From: a virus
Lineage: Duplodnaviria; Heunggongvirae; Uroviricota; Caudoviricetes
IMG/VR virus record: IMGVR_UViG_2563366951_000005
Location: 1-41,364 of that record
DNA length: 41,364 nucleotides
Reading direction: 5' to 3' (one strand)
The position numbers and the translations under genes were made by a program. Shown here piece by piece: positions 21,560-29,585 of this stretch (the first letter of the stretch is position 1; every line of letters starts with the position of its first letter). The notes below the pieces were generated by a model that made no database searches, was not told where the DNA came from, and worked only from the letters and a program-made list of their open reading frames with translations.

Positions 21560-21583
21560 TAAAAAAGCCCCGCATAAGCGAGG
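21560..21583 (-). terminator. intrinsic terminator (GCCUCGC-UUAU-GCGGGGC + U6 on minus strand)
   Basis: Stem-loop with one G-U pair followed by U-run; lies between the 73-aa and 155-aa ORFs. Confidence 0.5.
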
Positions 21584-21607
21584 CTAAATATCGAACAACT
21601 TCTTTTG

Positions 21608-21829
21608 TTAACTGCGCGTGAAGTTGTGGTGGATGAAGTCGTCAGAGCCTAACCGATGTGAGCCATAATGGGCTTCATAGCCCTCACCTAGTGAGGCTGC
21701 CTTAGTTTCGGCCACATCTTTGGTGGCGTAAACACCGACTAAATGCCACGGGGCATTCCTTACAACCCCCCACCCCATAACCCAACCTATATTATCAAGG
21801 TCAGGCTTCAAGCCTTCTGCAACAAACAT
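21608..21829 (-). CDS. hypothetical protein (73 aa)
   Basis: ATG at 21829 preceded by AAGGAGA; upstream 17 codons of the tracked ORF lack an RBS. Confidence 0.55.
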   Translation of the reverse strand: MFVAEGLKPDLDNIGWVMGWGVVRNAPWHLVGVYATKDVAETKAASLGEGYEAHYGSHRLGSDDFIHHNFTRS

Positions 21830-21888
21830 ATTTATCTCCTTTGGGTACCCGGAGATAATGCTAAGCAATTGAAGCTGCAAAATAAATA

Positions 21889-22134
21889 CTATTCAACAAG
21901 CTCTGCTGTAATTGTTAACCAGCTCAAATCAGGCCGATCATGCATCACATGTACAGCTGATTCATCAACATCGACAGCGTAAATTTTAGTGAAGGGATGG
22001 GAAGCTTTACCGGATAAAGAATCCTTCACTATCACACTTTCATTCTGAATAACCTGGAATGTGACGTTTGCGGCTCGAACAATACCCTCGTAGTGCTCTT
22101 CAAGGTGAGCAATTGTAACTTTAACTTTTTTCAT
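21889..22134 (-). CDS. hypothetical protein (81 aa)
   Basis: ATG at 22134 preceded by AAGGAG at 8 nt; tracked ORF extends 11 codons further without RBS. Confidence 0.55.
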   Translation of the reverse strand: MKKVKVTIAHLEEHYEGIVRAANVTFQVIQNESVIVKDSLSGKASHPFTKIYAVDVDESAVHVMHDRPDLSWLTITAELVE

Positions 22135-22241
22135 AGGCTGGCTCCTTGGCTGAATGGCAACAGGCATTAGGTGAGTGTCTGCTGTAACGCCTATCCCTTA
22201 GCGGGGATAATGGTTGCTTTATCCCTTGCTAGGGATAAAGA

Positions 22242-22757
22242 CTATTGACGCTCGCTCTCTATTTGACGAATTCCAGCGAAATTGTTATTGCCCTTTTCAA
22301 TCACGGCCAGCAGCGGCTTAATCCAGAGCACAGCCTGGCAGTACGTTATTGAGCCGGCGGCAGCGGTACTATCATCGGCTGCGTTAATTCCGTCGGTATC
22401 GGCGTGCATTGCGCTGGAACGTAAACGGTACGCGTATTCGAGCAGCCCACCAGCAATGTCAGCAGGAACAGGCAGATCACAGGTTTTTTCACGGCGGAGT
22501 ATCTCCCGGTATTCAATTACGGTTTCTTCGGTGCTGGTGTCGATCAGGGAGTTAAGCCTGTTGGCATGTTCTGCAACCTGATTGAATCGATTGAAGTTGA
22601 ATGCCTGGGTGGCGATCACCTGCCCCTGCATAGAGTTGTCACTTCGCAGAACGTCGTTATCGCTCTGTAGGCTACTGGCGTCGGAGCAGCTCTTAACGAG
22701 AGCGACGGAAAGGCCAGCAATAACGACAACGCCGATAAGACCCGGATTAATTTTCAT
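22242..22757 (-). CDS. Rz: spanin, Rz-like inner-membrane subunit
   Basis: N-terminal hydrophobic segment, position directly after the endolysin with ATGA overlap; an embedded Rz1 was not resolved. Confidence 0.7.
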   Translation of the reverse strand: MKINPGLIGVVVIAGLSVALVKSCSDASSLQSDNDVLRSDNSMQGQVIATQAFNFNRFNQVAEHANRLNSLIDTSTEETVIEYREILRREKTCDLPVPADIAGGLLEYAYRLRSSAMHADTDGINAADDSTAAAGSITYCQAVLWIKPLLAVIEKGNNNFAGIRQIESERQ

Positions 22758-23293
22758 TGGTCCAGCCCCCAGCACGCCAGCGCGCTTTCCTGGTCCCGTC
22801 GCTCAACCTGGCCATAGCAGCCATTCTTCTGGCCTTTGGTTAGACGACAATCACGGCCACCGTCTTTAATCCACCAGCGGATTGCCTCGCATGCACCGAT
22901 GCGGTCACCTGCGTTGATGCGCTTATAGAAGGTCGATGGGAAGCATTTACCGGGGCCGATGTTATACGGGCAGAAGGATGCGATACCCACCTTCTGAGGC
23001 TCTGTCAGAGGCACTTTGATATTGCGATCAACCCAGGCTAATGCCTTATCGCGTTCAATAGCGTTAACCTTCCGGCATTGTTCCTCAGTGGCCGTCATGC
23101 CTTTAACAACACGCCTGCCATCGATAACGGTCACGCCGTGACATAAAGACCAGACCCCACCCGGATCAACAACGGCCACCAGCGCATTGCCTTCTTTCTC
23201 GCTGATGAATTGGTCAAAAATGAGTGGAGCAGAAGCCCCTGACGCGATTAGCGCCAGCACTGCTACGCTGAGCTTTGCTTTGTTCGACATCAT
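22754..23293 (-). CDS. R: SAR endolysin (phage lysozyme with N-terminal signal-anchor-release domain)
   Basis: 179 aa; weakly hydrophobic Ala/Gly-rich N-terminus followed by E...D...catalytic region; P21-type architecture; follows pinholin. Confidence 0.8.
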   Translation of the reverse strand: MMSNKAKLSVAVLALIASGASAPLIFDQFISEKEGNALVAVVDPGGVWSLCHGVTVIDGRRVVKGMTATEEQCRKVNAIERDKALAWVDRNIKVPLTEPQKVGIASFCPYNIGPGKCFPSTFYKRINAGDRIGACEAIRWWIKDGGRDCRLTKGQKNGCYGQVERRDQESALACWGLDQ

Positions 23294-23505
23294 TCACCTC
23301 GCGCAGCTTTGCGGCGATCCGCTTTGATTTGGAAGTACAGACTCGTTAACCACGTCAGCAAACCAAACATGAGGCTACCGAGCACACCAATGGCCGCCCA
23401 TTGAGATGGGGAGACTTTATCGAGGAGCTGAAGCAACCAGTATCCGGTCCCCCCACCCGATGCGCCGTATGCAATACCCGTCGTGATTTTTTCCATTCGA
23501 TACAT
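23290..23505 (-). CDS. S: pinholin (S21-like) with dual-start motif MYRM
   Basis: 71 aa, two TM segments, C-terminal [10 protein letters not shown] like phage 21 S as recalled. Confidence 0.85.
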   Translation of the reverse strand: MYRMEKITTGIAYGASGGGTGYWLLQLLDKVSPSQWAAIGVLGSLMFGLLTWLTSLYFQIKADRRKAARGE

Positions 23506-23544
23506 GCTCTCACCTCGCTACGTTGCGGGTGTCCAGTTGAGGTA

Positions 23545-23570
23545 ATAAAAAGGGCCGCGATAGCGACCCA
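23545..23570 (-). terminator. intrinsic terminator between methyltransferase and holin genes
   Basis: Minus-strand GGGUCGC-UAUC-GCGGCCC followed by UUUUUAUU. Confidence 0.5.
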
Positions 23571-23575
23571 AGCTT

Positions 23576-24628
23576 TTATTCCCCTGCCAGCTGCCTTACC
23601 TCACTTACCGTCTGGTTGAAACGTTCCTCTTCCAGTTCTACGCCGATAGCCTGGCGGCCCAGTTCAATGGCTGCTTTAACAGTTGATCCCGAGCCCATAA
23701 AGAAATCAGCTACCACATCGCCGGGCCTGCTGCTGGCGTTGATGATTTGCCGCAACATATCAGCGGGCTTTTCGCACGGGTGTTTGCCTGGATAGAACTG
23801 GACGGGTTTATGTGTCCAGACGTCTGTATAGGGCACGGCTACTGTCACAGAGAAATGCCGCCGAAGAGATTTGTACTCTTCCAGCAGATCAAGGTATTTC
23901 CGGTTCAACGAATGCCATGTGGCCACCAGCTGGTGATGCGGTGCTTTGAGTTCAGAGGCGCGGTGCTTCTCAATGGCGATCTGAGTGAACAATTCCTGCA
24001 GCTTTTCGTAATCCTGCTCGTTTGGTAGTTGCCACTGACTGGTACCGAACCAGTGAGACGCCATATTTTTCTTTCCGGTGGCGTCAGCTATTTGCCTGGA
24101 CGTGACCCCCAGTTCGGCTCGTGCATCACGAAAGTAGGTGATTAACGGAGCCATGACGTGCTGTTTGACCTCGTTGCTTTTCTCAGCAAATCCGTCGCTT
24201 TTCGGATTATATGGCCCCTGATAATGCTCAGCGAAAAGGATGCGTTCCGTCGCGGGGAAGTAAGAGCGCAGGCTTTCTTTATTACAACCGTTCCAACGCC
24301 CTGATGGCTTCGCCCAGATAATGTGGTTCATAACGTTGAAGCGTTCACGCATCATGATCTCAATATCGGATGCAAGTCGGTGACCTGAAAACAAATACAG
24401 GCTGCCGGCAGGCTTAAGCACTCGCCAGAACTGGGCAAGACACATATCAAGCCATCGAAGATAGTCGGCGTCACCGTTCCACTGATTATCCCAGCCGTTC
24501 GGCTTCACCTTAAAATAAGGCGGATCCGTAACAATAAGGTCGATGGTGTTATCTGGGAGGGTAGCGAGGTATTGCAGGCAGTCAGCGTTGATAAGCTCAA
24601 CACTGTTTATATTTACAGTATTTTTCAT
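23576..24628 (-). CDS. DNA methyltransferase, beta-class N6-adenine/N4-cytosine type (DPPY then FMGSGST)
   Basis: 350 aa; motif IV LIVTDPPY near N-terminus and AdoMet motif FFMGSGST near C-terminus with an insertion of roughly 230 aa between them. Confidence 0.85.
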   Translation of the reverse strand: MKNTVNINSVELINADCLQYLATLPDNTIDLIVTDPPYFKVKPNGWDNQWNGDADYLRWLDMCLAQFWRVLKPAGSLYLFSGHRLASDIEIMMRERFNVMNHIIWAKPSGRWNGCNKESLRSYFPATERILFAEHYQGPYNPKSDGFAEKSNEVKQHVMAPLITYFRDARAELGVTSRQIADATGKKNMASHWFGTSQWQLPNEQDYEKLQELFTQIAIEKHRASELKAPHHQLVATWHSLNRKYLDLLEEYKSLRRHFSVTVAVPYTDVWTHKPVQFYPGKHPCEKPADMLRQIINASSRPGDVVADFFMGSGSTVKAAIELGRQAIGVELEEERFNQTVSEVRQLAGE

Positions 24629-24778
24629 AGATCCGTAAGCGTAACTCTGATAGGCTCACTATGCTTTTGCGCTAAAGCAGTGGGCCTTGGTTAGCTTGTG
24701 ACCTGAAAGCATGAGCTAATGGCTGGTTGGGTGCTACAACACCCACCAGCCGCCCATTTCCACAGCAGAATGCCCCCT

Positions 24779-24970
24779 TCAGTGGAGGCGTTTGTAACAT
24801 CCAAACTGGTAATCTGATAACCCCGCCATAACCAGCTGCGTCAGGATGAGCTGGCATTTCTCTCGGCTTAGGTGCGTATTCTGTGCAATTTCCCCAGCTG
24901 TCGCTGGTGAAGCGCTGAGTTCGTTAAAAACCGCTTTTGCTTCTTCTGTCATATAAGGTTGATTTTGCAT
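24779..24970 (-). CDS. small winged-helix/HTH-like protein (63 aa)
   Basis: ORF immediately downstream of the post-Q terminator; TAGEIAQNTHLSREKCQLILTQLVMAGL resembles an HTH; paralogous to ORF 36428-36682. Confidence 0.5.
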   Translation of the reverse strand: MQNQPYMTEEAKAVFNELSASPATAGEIAQNTHLSREKCQLILTQLVMAGLSDYQFGCYKRLH

Positions 24971-25049
24971 GCCTTTTCCCCTTTTTTATCGTGTGACACA
25001 CAGATAACTCTGGTTCATTTTTGCATCAAGCTTTAGATACAAAAGGCAT

Positions 25050-25072
25050 AAAAAAACCCCGCCGAGGCGAGG
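25050..25072 (-). terminator. tR'-like intrinsic terminator downstream of Q
   Basis: Minus strand CCUCGC-CUCG-GCGGGG + U7; located between Q and the late genes as lambda tR' is. Confidence 0.6.
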
Positions 25073-25081
25073 TTAGATATA

Positions 25082-25138
25082 ATTATGACAAAATATAAAA
25101 TTAGCTTCAAATATGGCTCATTTTGTTGCATTTTGCAA
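25082..25138 (-). promoter_or_regulatory. candidate late promoter pR' region (sigma70-like TTGCAA-17-CATATT or TTGAAG-17-CATAAT on minus strand)
   Basis: Hexamers read from sequence; which is used and where the Q-utilisation site lies is not determinable here. Confidence 0.35.
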
Positions 25139-25168
25139 GCCCATTTGAGGGAGTTAGTGAAAGTTACC

Positions 25169-25861
25169 TCACATTTCCGCCACTTTCAGTTCTTGGTACT
25201 CTTCGTACCGTGACAAAATTTCGCTTAGTGCCTGGCTATCCATTTCAGCAAACGACGCTTTGAAAGCCGCCCAGTGGCCTGAATACACTCTGAGCCAGGT
25301 GGAACGCTCAACGCTGACCATGCGCGCCAGAGCTGCACCAGCATACTCCTGATAGGTATCGTTATTACGCGAGGCAGCAACTTCTTGCGCCGCCAGCCAG
25401 ACAAGCCCTACCAGTTTTTTAGTGACGCGGCCCTGTATTTTTTTGCCGCTATGCTGACGCTGAAACTGTTCCCACACGTGCTGGCACATCAATGTCTGGT
25501 ACCGGAAAGTAAGGTCATACCCATAGCAGTACCGCACCCATGCCTGCAAATGCTCACCCAGACCATTGACCGAACGACGCCATGCTGAACAAGCGAACTC
25601 CGTATCTTTAATAGGCGGCAAAGGTCGACGACGGCTCCTTGTCTCAAGAACATAAAATGGAGTGGCCAGCGTTGTTACAACCTTTGACCCACAACCTTCC
25701 CCACCCTCCATGACGATTTCAGGATGGTGCCGGGGGTATTTATTCTTATCTGCTGGTGGATGCTCACTGAACGCCTGCAGCTGTCCTTTTGTCGATCCTG
25801 ATAAATCCGCCAGCGCGCGGCGCAGTTCAATCCGCGTATATTCCAGTTCTTGTAAATTCAT
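25169..25861 (-). CDS. Q: probable late antiterminator Q
   Basis: 230 aa from ATG at 25861; position immediately upstream of promoter/terminator and lysis module; family assignment from memory only. Confidence 0.6.
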   Translation of the reverse strand: MNLQELEYTRIELRRALADLSGSTKGQLQAFSEHPPADKNKYPRHHPEIVMEGGEGCGSKVVTTLATPFYVLETRSRRRPLPPIKDTEFACSAWRRSVNGLGEHLQAWVRYCYGYDLTFRYQTLMCQHVWEQFQRQHSGKKIQGRVTKKLVGLVWLAAQEVAASRNNDTYQEYAGAALARMVSVERSTWLRVYSGHWAAFKASFAEMDSQALSEILSRYEEYQELKVAEM

Positions 25862-25882
25862 TATGCTCAGCGCTCCATACAA

Positions 25883-26944
25883 TTACGCTTTTGTTATTAC
25901 GCCGATCGCCAGCGCTCGATTCATAAATCGGAATAGCAGCTCCAGCTGGGTACCGTGTTTTTTCTCGAACGCTGCAACATCAGCATGTAATTTGTCGTGA
26001 CACTCTCTGCACAGAGGGATCACGAACAAATCGTGGGCTTTAGTGGCGGTACCGCCCATGCCGTGACCAATGACATGGTGTGGATCATCCGCTGGCCGCC
26101 GGCAACCTTCACAGGGCTGGGTTTTAGCCCACCGGGTATAGTCCTCATTCACCCACCTGCGGTGTTTTGGGCGCAACATGAATGATTCAGGGGATTCAGG
26201 ATCCGCATGCAGAGCCAGAACCTGTGGCTGGTCATAGGCCACTTCCTGATTTGTTCCATGCTTTAAATGCGCAGCCGTGACCGCAGGGGTGACCTTCTTC
26301 TGCAAAATGTTTTTTGTCGGTGGCATCGGCACAATGTCACTTTCGCGATATACGGATAAAAACGGCTCATCCGGTAAGCGAAGCGCATGCTGGGCCATCC
26401 TTTCCGTGATTGCATCAGCAATGCCTGAGTAAACGGCCCACCAGCACAATTCACCGAGGGATAGTTCACGCTCGTTGTTGTAGCCAAGCGAAGACAGGAT
26501 AGAACTGATCAGCCAGTTAATGAGATTACGCCGGGCCAGTTCTGCCAGCGCCGCGGTGGTTTGCTCGCGCAGCTGGTTATCGCAATGCCAACAGAGCAAC
26601 ATTGATCCAGGGGGATGTCGCATCGTTACCAGCTCATGATGGTGATAATTAGTGTGCGGGTACTGGCATTCCTTCACGTTACGCTCTAGCCAGGATTCCA
26701 ACCCGGACAAACCGCCTGCTGCACGGATAACTCTCTCGTCGGTGAAGAATTCCTCGAGGGACTTATCTTCTGCCAGCGGCTGCCGGGCATCAGGGACGAG
26801 CCCCGACGGAAGCCCAGCCATGCTTTTTGGCTGAGGCTCCACCAGCACACGCCCCTGTTGAAACAAAGACATCAGTTCGCTACCCGGCTTTAACAGCACA
26901 AGCCCAAGGCGCGGAACAGTCTCGGCTGTAAACAGTCCTCTCAC
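25883..26944 (-). CDS. DUF968-like protein with C-terminal HNH-like Cys/His motif
   Basis: 353 aa; C-terminus CEGCRR...HHVIGHGMGG...CRECHDKLH; GTG start overlapping upstream stop. Confidence 0.65.
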   Translation of the reverse strand: MRGLFTAETVPRLGLVLLKPGSELMSLFQQGRVLVEPQPKSMAGLPSGLVPDARQPLAEDKSLEEFFTDERVIRAAGGLSGLESWLERNVKECQYPHTNYHHHELVTMRHPPGSMLLCWHCDNQLREQTTAALAELARRNLINWLISSILSSLGYNNERELSLGELCWWAVYSGIADAITERMAQHALRLPDEPFLSVYRESDIVPMPPTKNILQKKVTPAVTAAHLKHGTNQEVAYDQPQVLALHADPESPESFMLRPKHRRWVNEDYTRWAKTQPCEGCRRPADDPHHVIGHGMGGTATKAHDLFVIPLCRECHDKLHADVAAFEKKHGTQLELLFRFMNRALAIGVITKA

Positions 26945-27633
26945 GCGGCATGCCCCTTAGCGATGTGTGCCGTCCACAGGCCGCCGATCCACTCGATGCC
27001 TTTGGGTGTAAAACGTGCCTGGCTAAAGGCGTAGTTTGTTTCGCTCGTAGTGCCAGTTTTCACTTCAAACCGCCCGGCAGCAATGTGCTGGTGCCGAGGT
27101 GTCAGCACTCCACTGAGCCGGTACAAAATGCCGCTCTCAATGAGGAACAAGCGGAAATCGGTCTCTTTGGCCTGCAACAGCTTTGCCACCTGGCGGAAAG
27201 ACATTGAGCCTTTGGCAGTACAATATCGATCGACAAACTCAACTTTCGGCGCGGCAGCGGCTAACTGCTGGCTGAGTTGTTCTTTCTGCTCGGCCAGATC
27301 CGCGGCGAGACGTAATGCCTCCGGCAATGTTTGCGGGACACTTACGGCCTGGCTGTTCTCCAGCTCTTGCCAGCGATCGACAACAGCGGCGGTAAATTCT
27401 GGCGACAGCCTGGCGACGATCACCAGAGAATCACGTTTGTTAAACCAATACTCCTCGTAGGTTTGCCCGTTTTGCGGGTGTGTGTAGGGGGTGTGCGCCA
27501 ACGGCGCGGTTAAAATACCAGCAGATGCAAGGCGCTCAGCTGAGCGCTTCACATCACCATGTTTGCTCTGCACCAGCCTGGCAATTTCACGGCTGGACAT
27601 TGTCACAACACCCTTAGCGGTTAACTGATTCAT
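26941..27633 (-). CDS. antirepressor-like protein (Rha-type N-terminus, KilA-C/ANT-type C-terminus)
   Basis: 230 aa from ATG 27633 with RBS GGAGAAAT; domain call from sequence pattern recall. Confidence 0.6.
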   Translation of the reverse strand: MNQLTAKGVVTMSSREIARLVQSKHGDVKRSAERLASAGILTAPLAHTPYTHPQNGQTYEEYWFNKRDSLVIVARLSPEFTAAVVDRWQELENSQAVSVPQTLPEALRLAADLAEQKEQLSQQLAAAAPKVEFVDRYCTAKGSMSFRQVAKLLQAKETDFRLFLIESGILYRLSGVLTPRHQHIAAGRFEVKTGTTSETNYAFSQARFTPKGIEWIGGLWTAHIAKGHAA

Positions 27634-27647
27634 GCTATTTCTCCATA

Positions 27648-29585
27648 TCAGGCGGCTGCACCCGCCTTTTGATTTGCACATAATTCAGGAAGATTTGCTT
27701 CTACCAGCGCACGAGCGAACGGCGGCGGTACTGCGTTACCACAGCGCGCTACCTGCTTGTCTTTGGCGTAACGATTGCCGCGATAGTCCTGATCGATAAC
27801 GTAGCCGTCAGGGAAGCCCTGCGCCTTATAAAGCTCATGCGGTTGCAGCATGCGCATTCCGATATCGACGATCTGGTACTTAACCCCCTCGATCGTCACC
27901 AGCCATTCATCCTCGCTATCACCGCAGTAGGTTTCGAGGAATGTCCGGACCTCGCCAACGTGCTGGCCACCAGCGGTAATCGTCGGCATAGGTGTATCCA
28001 TGGTCTGACCGTCGCGGCAGGTTCCGCGCAGCTTCACCAGGTGCGACGCAACTACCGCGTGGTGATCAACAGTAGTGACTGAGTGGGCAGGCTCATCCAT
28101 ACCAACACCCGGCCCCGTGTAATTCCCACCATAGTGCTTCGCCAGGAACGCGCTCACCGTTGCAAACTTATTACCACCAGCAGTGACCGTGCCGAGCGGG
28201 TTATTCAGTTGAAGAACACGCGGTTCTTGCCCTGGGCGTTCGCCGTACCCCATCTGGATCAGTGTTGGAGTTACCAGCTGCGACTTACCGCCACCACCTG
28301 CAGTAATCGTCGCACTCGGTTCGTCAGCCCTGTGCCCAACACTGGCTCCAAACTGGCGGGCGATGACCGGCGCAACCACGCACGCGCGGGACTGCTTGAG
28401 GATTGTATGAGCGGGTTTATCCAGCGGGCGCGGCTTTGCCTGGTACTCACTGCCGCCATTGCCAGCCAGGAACGGTGTCAGGGCGGCCTCAACTACGCCA
28501 AGCGCATGCCCATTCCCGCCCGGGCGCGCCGACGTACCAGCGGTGACAGTTGGTACCGGCTCGGTCACTGGCTGCCCGGTGGCCCCGGTGCGGAATTTAG
28601 TAAGATGCGGTACCGCCAGTGCGTAGCCATGCTTTTTAGTGATGGTCTGCAATGGCTCTAACAACGATTGCCCGCGGAAACAGTCATAACCTCCTTTCGT
28701 CGTGGTGTGGTTACACTTCACGATGAAAGGTGATGCGCTTTCGATAACAAAGCGCTGGATGCCGCGCGCGATACGTTTGAGCGTATTTTCCGCCAGCGGC
28801 TTTTTGCGGTCGAAGATGGACCGGGCCGGGATATTCCAGTCAATGCACTCCGCCGCGGTACGCCATGGCGCCAGCTTGCCGCTTTGTACTTCCAGTGATT
28901 TTGGATCCCCATGAGTCGCTTCAGGCCAATGAATCTTGCGGCCGTCACAGCGCATGACCATGAAGAAACGCTTTCTGATCGTCGGCGCGCCGTAGTCACA
29001 TGCGCGCAGCTCCCGATAATCAACCTCATAACCAAGCCCGGCGATCAGCTGTTGCGCCTGCTGGCCGTGCGGCTCAATGGCAAGGAATTCACAAACCTCA
29101 GCCAGCGCAGGGTGATTCGCCGCGATCCCCGTCGACAGCATGCCGACAAATGCCTCGAATGTTTCGCCAGCACGCTCAGGATCCGGGCGTAATTCTTCAT
29201 CCAGCAGCGGGCCCCATGTCTTAAACTCTTCGACGTTCTCCAGCATCATGACGCGGGGACGTACTGCCAGCGCCCAGCGCAGGACAATCCACGCCAGCCC
29301 GCGAATCTCTTTCTTAACCGGCTTAGCGCCCTTCGCCTTGGAAAAGTGGCGGCAGTCAGGGCTAAACCAGGCCAGACCGACAGGTTTACCGCTGGTGGCT
29401 GCGCTTGGGTCAACGTCAAACACCGACTCGCAATAATGCAGCGTGTCAGGGTGATTCGTCTTATGCATCGCAATAGCGTTTTCGTCGTGGTTGATAGCGA
29501 TATCCACGCTACGCCCGATCGCCAGTTCAATGCCGGTACTCGCGCCGCCGCCACCAGCAAAGTTATCAACGATAATTTCACGCAT
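27648..29585 (-). CDS. DNA cytosine-5 methyltransferase with internally repeated variable region
   Basis: Motif I DNFAGGGGAS, motif IV-like FSPDCRHFS, ENV, C-terminal QxRxxGNAV; four repeats of P-x-T-[VI]-T-A-G-G modules in the middle. Confidence 0.85.
   Translation of the reverse strand: MREIIVDNFAGGGGASTGIELAIGRSVDIAINHDENAIAMHKTNHPDTLHYCESVFDVDPSAATSGKPVGLAWFSPDCRHFSKAKGAKPVKKEIRGLAWIVLRWALAVRPRVMMLENVEEFKTWGPLLDEELRPDPERAGETFEAFVGMLSTGIAANHPALAEVCEFLAIEPHGQQAQQLIAGLGYEVDYRELRACDYGAPTIRKRFFMVMRCDGRKIHWPEATHGDPKSLEVQSGKLAPWRTAAECIDWNIPARSIFDRKKPLAENTLKRIARGIQRFVIESASPFIVKCNHTTTKGGYDCFRGQSLLEPLQTITKKHGYALAVPHLTKFRTGATGQPVTEPVPTVTAGTSARPGGNGHALGVVEAALTPFLAGNGGSEYQAKPRPLDKPAHTILKQSRACVVAPVIARQFGASVGHRADEPSATITAGGGGKSQLVTPTLIQMGYGERPGQEPRVLQLNNPLGTVTAGGNKFATVSAFLAKHYGGNYTGPGVGMDEPAHSVTTVDHHAVVASHLVKLRGTCRDGQTMDTPMPTITAGGQHVGEVRTFLETYCGDSEDEWLVTIEGVKYQIVDIGMRMLQPHELYKAQGFPDGYVIDQDYRGNRYAKDKQVARCGNAVPPPFARALVEANLPELCANQKAGAAA

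Noticed and set aside
24629-24778. Possible tRNA gene between the late methyltransferase and the small HTH ORF (tRNAs occur here in Stx phages)
   Set aside because: No cloverleaf with a canonical T-loop (GTTCRANYC) or an acceptor stem could be folded by eye on either strand; needs a tRNA predictor to exclude formally.
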